Of a DNA stretch of 64,000 nucleotides, positions 57,895-64,000 are shown piece by piece. Both the position numbers and the translations under genes were made by a program. The stretch is from Octopus vulgaris (lineage: Eukaryota). Below the pieces are notes generated by a model that made no database searches, had not been told where the DNA came from, and saw only the letters and a program-made list of their open reading frames with translations. How positions within the stretch are numbered: the first letter of the stretch is position 1; every line of letters starts with the position of its first letter. Where the stretch lies: positions 41,726,001 to 41,790,000 of the forward strand of contig OX597824.1 in NCBI GenBank assembly GCA_951406725.2, read 5' to 3'.

Positions 57895-58118
57895 ATAAAT
57901 CGATTACGTCTATCCCAGTGTTCAACTGGTACTTATTTAATCGACCCCAAAAAGATGAAAGGCATAGTCGACCACGGCGGAATTTGAATTCAGAGCCTGA
58001 ATTTGAATTTAGGATGTTAAGACAGACGTAAGACCGCTAATGCTCAGAACGTAAGAAGGAATGAAATGCGTCTAAGTATTTCGTCCGGCGTACTAACGGT
58101 TCTAACATCTCGCCACCT
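57895..58118 (-). mobile_element. SINE family C monomer, diverged
   Basis: ggtacttatttaatcgaccccaaaaagatgaaaggcatagtcgacc. Confidence 0.8.
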
Positions 58119-58506
58119 TAAATGTAAAGCTTGGAGAAATGCTGCAAAGCTTTTCACCTGAAAAATATTGACTGCTAATTCCTTTGAATCTCTCCCGAGC
58201 AACATAAAAAGCCTTATAGCGTTTATTTCCATTGGCCTTTAAATTAAAAAAAAAAACAAAAAACAGAAACTATAATAAGTTTGCTGGACAACAATGTCTA
58301 TGAAGACAGTTCTCATTTATCAGCTGTGACGTGCGTGACAAAAGTAAATGCCTAATTTTCAAGACTAATATTTTATGTCTTCCTTAGCACACCGGGCGAA
58401 ATACTTACCGGTATTTCGTCTATCTTTATGTGTGTGTGTTGAATAAAATGAGACAGCAAAGCGAAGGTTGTGTGGAATTTTCAGGACCTTTACAAAGAGA
58501 AAGTTA

Positions 58507-58554
58507 GTCTTACAGCTGTTTCTGGGATATTAGGGATATCCCCTCATCAGAGAC
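58507..58554 (-). ncRNA. Minimal type-I hammerhead ribozyme with intact catalytic core
   Basis: GUCU-CUGAUGA-G-GGGAUAU(CCCUA)AUAUCCC-A-GAAAC-AGCU-GUA/AGAC: 4-bp stem I, 7-bp stem II, palindromic ACAGCUGU stem III, GUA cleavage triplet. Confidence 0.85.
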
Positions 58555-58670
58555 GACGTGAGATGGTTAAATAGAAGGAAATATTAGCGTTCAATATAAG
58601 GAGTTATTTTGGAAAAGGAAGGAAATAAGAAGTATAGAGGACCCACCTTGGGTCTTTTGGATACCAATAC

Positions 58671-58730
<60 letters not shown>

Positions 58731-58793
58731 GTTCGTTCCGATTCGTCGTTTCGTTCCGATTCGTCGTTTCGTTCCGATTCGTCGTTTCGTTCC
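58731..58793. repeat. 18-bp perfect minisatellite (ttcgttccgattcgtcgt) x3.5
   Basis: Direct reading. Confidence 0.95.
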
Positions 58794-58820
58794 ACCTCTT
58801 GGTTCCTGTTATTTTTATAG

Positions 58821-58880
<60 letters not shown>

Positions 58881-59347
58881 GCTCCCTGTTATGCCTAGTT
58901 GTAAATCCAGCACTGGGTGTTCAAACAGCCACAACGGGGAAACGTGCGTAAACAACACGTGATATAAACTTCGTGTTTATCATATATTTTCCCGTATTCA
59001 TCATTTATATTGTAATTGGTATATCATAAATCGGAGTAAAAACAAGAATAAGATGAGTCGATAATGAAAGACAAGACTAAGAAGTCAACAATGAAAGACA
59101 GAGAATATGGAAGCAGAAAGGTAAAACAAATAAATTTCATCGCTTTTGGCCGGTACTACAGGCACTACGACACATAAATATTTGTGTGTGCGTGTGCATA
59201 TGTATATACACACGCACATGTATACATATGTGTGTGTATATATATATATATATCCACCCAACAAGATATATATATGTATATATATATATATGTATGTATA
59301 TATATATATATATATCTTTTCTACTAATAATAATCCTTTCTACTAGA

Positions 59348-59384
<37 letters not shown>

Positions 59385-59549
59385 GTGTGTGCGTGTACAT
59401 GAACGTGTGCATGTGTGTGTGTGCGTGCGTGTGCGGGTGCATGTGTGTGTCCATGTGTGTGCGTGCGTGTGTGTGAGAGAGTGTGCTGGTGCATGCGTAT
59501 GTATGTATATTTATCTGTCTGTCTCTCTCCCTCTTTTTCTCTCTCTCTA

Positions 59550-59598
<49 letters not shown>

Positions 59599-59599
59599 T

Positions 59600-59631
<32 letters not shown>

Positions 59632-60794
59632 TTGAGTTAGTTGCACGCAACTATGTTACAATATAATGGATGCCTATGATTTTTTTTATAGCCTGCTGTG
59701 TTTGACGATAATGGTTAATGGCTCACAGACAGAGAACGGCTTTGACAATCTCCTCTCAGAAGATCTTCTCAGCTTAAGTCTAAAAGCAGGAACAAGCACT
59801 CCCAATCACCGACTCTATCACTTATTCCTTCTCTCCCTCTCTCATCCTGTCCCCTCTCTTTCTTTCTCTCATTCTCTATGTTACATACAGTAATCGTAAC
59901 CCCTGGAATTATTCCAGACACAGAGGGTAATCTTTTCTTATTTGATGTCATTTCATCTCTCGGTTAGATTCTATCTCCGCTGTTGAGCCGATGGTGTAAT
60001 GATATTAACTGCATGGTTTTCATTGCTCTGTGCTATCACCCAAATTGGAAGAATTATGATCACATTAACCAGAAAATATACGATGTTATGATGCCATCAA
60101 CCAGGATAGAGACATGACAGATGCACACGTGTACGCAAACACACATACGTGCACACAGAAGCATTCACATGTACACTAAAGAGAGAAGCACTACGTAGAG
60201 ACATACATACTTCAAATACACGCGAGCACATATAGATTATCATATACTGAAATACACGGGGAACATTCCGTTACTTCACCTTACACATCGCTCTCTAAAA
60301 ATAGAGTGCCAGGATATATAAACAATAATGCTAGCCGCTCACATAAACATGAATATAAATACAACCGCATATAAATACATGAGTATTCACACACACGCGC
60401 GTACACACACAGACACACACACACACGTAGACACACGCGCGCACCACACTTGCATTGTTGGTCCTGATGTCGCCGCCTCATGTTGGTCCTGATGCAGCAA
60501 AGTCTTCATCAAAAGCATTCCAGTTATGACCATCTCATTTTTAGTTATAATATTCTTCAACAACGTTGTTGATGAGCATATAATGGTGATTGGACACTTA
60601 TTTCTTGCAGGAGGGCCGACCTCATAGAATTTCCCTCATTGGGTACGCCCTGATGGATGTGCATACGATCATATGCATGTACCTTTCCGTACAAACACAT
60701 ACATTCTCTATTTTCTTTTTCTATCTCTCCCTCTTTTTCTCTCATAATATATGTGTGTCTGTGTGTGTGTGCATATTTATACACACACACACAC

Positions 60795-60843
<49 letters not shown>

Positions 60844-60848
<5 letters not shown>

Positions 60849-61014
60849 AGGAATGGCTGTGTGGTAAGTACTTTGCTTACCAACCACATGATTCCAGGGT
60901 TCAGTTCCGCTGCGTGGCACCTTGGGCAAGTGTCTACTATAGCCTCGGGCTGACCAAAGCCTTGTGAGTGGATTTGGTAGATAGAAACTGAAAGAAGACC
61001 GTCGTATATATATA

Positions 61015-61103
<89 letters not shown>

Positions 61104-61310
61104 CTGTGTTTGTCCCCCCAACATCGCTTGACAACCGATGCTGGGGTGTTAAGGTCCCCGAAACTTAGCGGTTCGGCACAACAGACCGATAGGATAAGTA
61201 CTAGACTTACAAAGAATAAGTCCTGGGGTCGATTTGATTCGACTAAAGGCAGTGCTCCAGCATGGCCGCAGTCAAATGACTGAAACAAGTAAAAGAATAA
61301 AAGAATAAAA

Positions 61311-61313
<3 letters not shown>
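60844..61313 (+). mobile_element. SINE family B, full length with expanded internal TA/TG microsatellite
   Basis: A box tggctgtgtggtaag, B box-like gggttcagttcc, CORE-like gcaccttgggcaagtgtc, 3' half ending (aaaagaat)n. Confidence 0.9.
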
Positions 61314-61359
<46 letters not shown>

Positions 61360-62046
61360 TACACGCATGCGTATTCAAGCACACTCACTCACCGTATCCT
61401 CCACACACATATTATAAATCTTGCAAAACATGGCAAAAATGCATATATGCCTTTCAAACATACTTTTCTATTAATCTCCCTATCTCCATGTAAGATATGT
61501 CGTGATTATATCGGTGGAAGGTGATGTTTGAACATTCATCTGGAAGAAAATTTGGCTGGAATTAACGTGGAAGGAGAGTAGCATAACCGCATATGTAGTA
61601 CTCTTGTATTGTATAAGGACCCTACCTGATACACAGACACACAGGCACACGCACACACACACGCACACACGCATACACACGCACACGGGCACACACACAC
61701 CTTATACCTTATACACACATACACGCACACACGCATGCACACACACACGCATACACACACATACACACGCAGACGCACACACACAAACACACATATATAT
61801 ATGCATATACATATTGTCATATATATATATATATATATAAATACACATATACATATGTGTATATTTGTATTTATATATATACATATGAATATATTTGTAT
61901 ACACATGTTTGTATCTTTATATATATATATATATATATATATACATACATACATACATATATATATATATTTATATTTATATATATATATATATATAGGA
62001 TATGAATATACATATATATGTATGCATGTATATATGTACGTATATT

Positions 62047-62080
<34 letters not shown>

Positions 62081-62248
62081 TGTATGTATGTATTATGTAT
62101 GTATGTATATGCATATAATATCAGGAGTGTAAACATACATACATATAGAATACTTTGCATATCCGTATAAATTGATATGCACTTCGAAATTGTTATATAG
62201 CCGGTAAATAACATCACTACTACCACTATACCAATCACCATCCTCCTC

Positions 62249-62250
<2 letters not shown>

Positions 62251-62335
<85 letters not shown>

Positions 62336-62338
62336 ATG

Positions 62339-62385
<47 letters not shown>

Positions 62386-62410
62386 GATAATAATGATAAT
62401 AATAATAATA
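62251..62410. repeat. (CTA)n then (TAA)n microsatellite
   Basis: Direct reading. Confidence 0.97.
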
Positions 62411-63023
62411 CTGCTACTATCACCACTACCATCACCCATCATCACAACTACATCCAATACAATCACTACTTCAGACGTCACACCCCGCTACCGCCAACAC
62501 CACTACCTCAACGTAGACCACTCGCTACTCATCCACTACTTAAAGTCATGTCGGATAAAATACGAGAGGACAGCGGGATTAGGGATTAGACAAAATGGAC
62601 AGTAGAACAAAATAAAAAGGTTCATATGATATTAAGGTTAAGAGAGAATTTGAAACAGATGAGAGATGAGAGAGATTAAATAATATGTATTGGGTAATTG
62701 CAACAGAAGAATCTCTGAAAAATTGGCTGGTTCCCATGGGAATGGTTGAACGGTTATGTGAAGATTGGCAGTTTTATTCATTTGCACGGTAACAAAACAG
62801 ACGTTGACATTTTCCATTTGGATGCCAGAACAATATGGAGTTAGAACACTCATTCAAACGCAAATCTGGTGAATTACGAGTTTCCATTGCGATACTAAGA
62901 AACTGAGAAGCTGGTATTTTCTTAAACCATTAGCGAGGTTCTGGGATTTCTAAAATCTATTCGAATGCTTGACGGTAGTGGTTGGATTTCCACTTGAATA
63001 ATGAGAGGGAAGTTGTTATTAGG

Positions 63024-63172
<149 letters not shown>

Positions 63173-63439
63173 TGCGATTAGGAAATGTCTGTTATGTTTG
63201 GAATCTGCGTTCTGATATGAAGACTTTCATTGGCTTAGAATTTCTTTCCAATAATAAGATTGGAATTGTTTTACATCTGTTTCGTTTGCATTCTAAACAC
63301 CACAATAGGTGAGAGATCTTCATTGAATACAGTGATGTGAACGGGATTGAAAGAAGTTGACGAGGACAACAATGATGATAGTGGTAATGATGCTGATGAT
63401 GAGGATGACGATGATGAGGATGACGATGATGATGATGAT

Positions 63440-63810
63440 CCTTTCTACCATAGGCTCAAGACCTGAAATTTTATGTGGGTAGGAGTAAGACGATTACATT
63501 GACGCCAGTGCTCAAGTGGCACTTATTTTATCGACCCTGAAAATGTGAAAGGCAAAGTCGACCTTAGCGGAGTTTGAACTTAGAACATGGATATGAATGT
63601 AATGATTTTCTACTAAAGCCACAAGGCCTGAAATTTTTGTGGAAGGGGGAAGTAGATCACATCGACATCAGTGCTTGACTGTTACTTAATTTACCGGCCC
63701 CGAAAGGATGAAAGGCTATGTCGACCTCGGCAGAATTTGAGTTTAGAAAGTAAAGACGGACGAAATGACGATGAGCATTTTGCCCGGCGTGCTAACGATT
63801 CTGCAGCTCT
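63440..63810 (-). mobile_element. Two tandem diverged SINE family C monomers
   Basis: tgaaaggcaaagtcgacc at ~63546 and gatgaaaggctatgtcgacc at ~63707. Confidence 0.8.
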
Positions 63811-63856
63811 CCATTATACTGCTGCTGCTGCTGTTAAACATGCTCTCGAAGGAAAG

Positions 63857-64000
63857 GTGCAGGAGTGGCTGTGTGGTAAGTAGCTTGCTCACCAACCACA
63901 TGGTTCCGGGTTCAGTCCCACTGCGTGGCACCTTGGGCTAGTGTCTTCTACTATAGCCTCGGGCCGACCAAACCCTTGTGAGTGGATTTGGTAGACGGAA
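63857..64000 (+). mobile_element. SINE family B 5' half (runs off window end)
   Basis: gcaggagtggctgtgtggtaag..ggttccgggttcagtcccactgcgtggcaccttggg. Confidence 0.9.

Overview
Eukaryotic, AT-rich non-coding DNA made almost entirely of transposable-element remnants and microsatellites. The repeat mix (tRNA-derived SINE families, dense CA/TA/TAA/TCTA tracts) suggests an octopus/coleoid cephalopod intron or intergenic region; this is an inference from recalled repeat types. I cannot support any host protein-coding exon, and nearly all long ORFs in the track are microsatellite translations. Recognisable content: several decayed mariner (DD34D-type) copies; a full-length but broken DD41D Tc1/mariner element with ~120-bp TIRs; an internally deleted hAT-like element; many R4/Dong-like RLE LINE fragments stacked in (TAA)n; L1/Tx1-like and HERO-like LINE pieces; Penelope (GIY-YIG) fragments; and three SINE families, one forming higher-order (AB)n arrays. 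The most notable signal is a set of about 8 minimal type-I hammerhead-ribozyme motifs from different repeat families. One has an intact core (58507-58554), and one lies in a ~565-bp partial tandem resembling a retrozyme or Penelope pLTR (28.5-29.3 kb). Coordinates of decayed elements are approximate (read by eye), and family names are from recall, not database searches.
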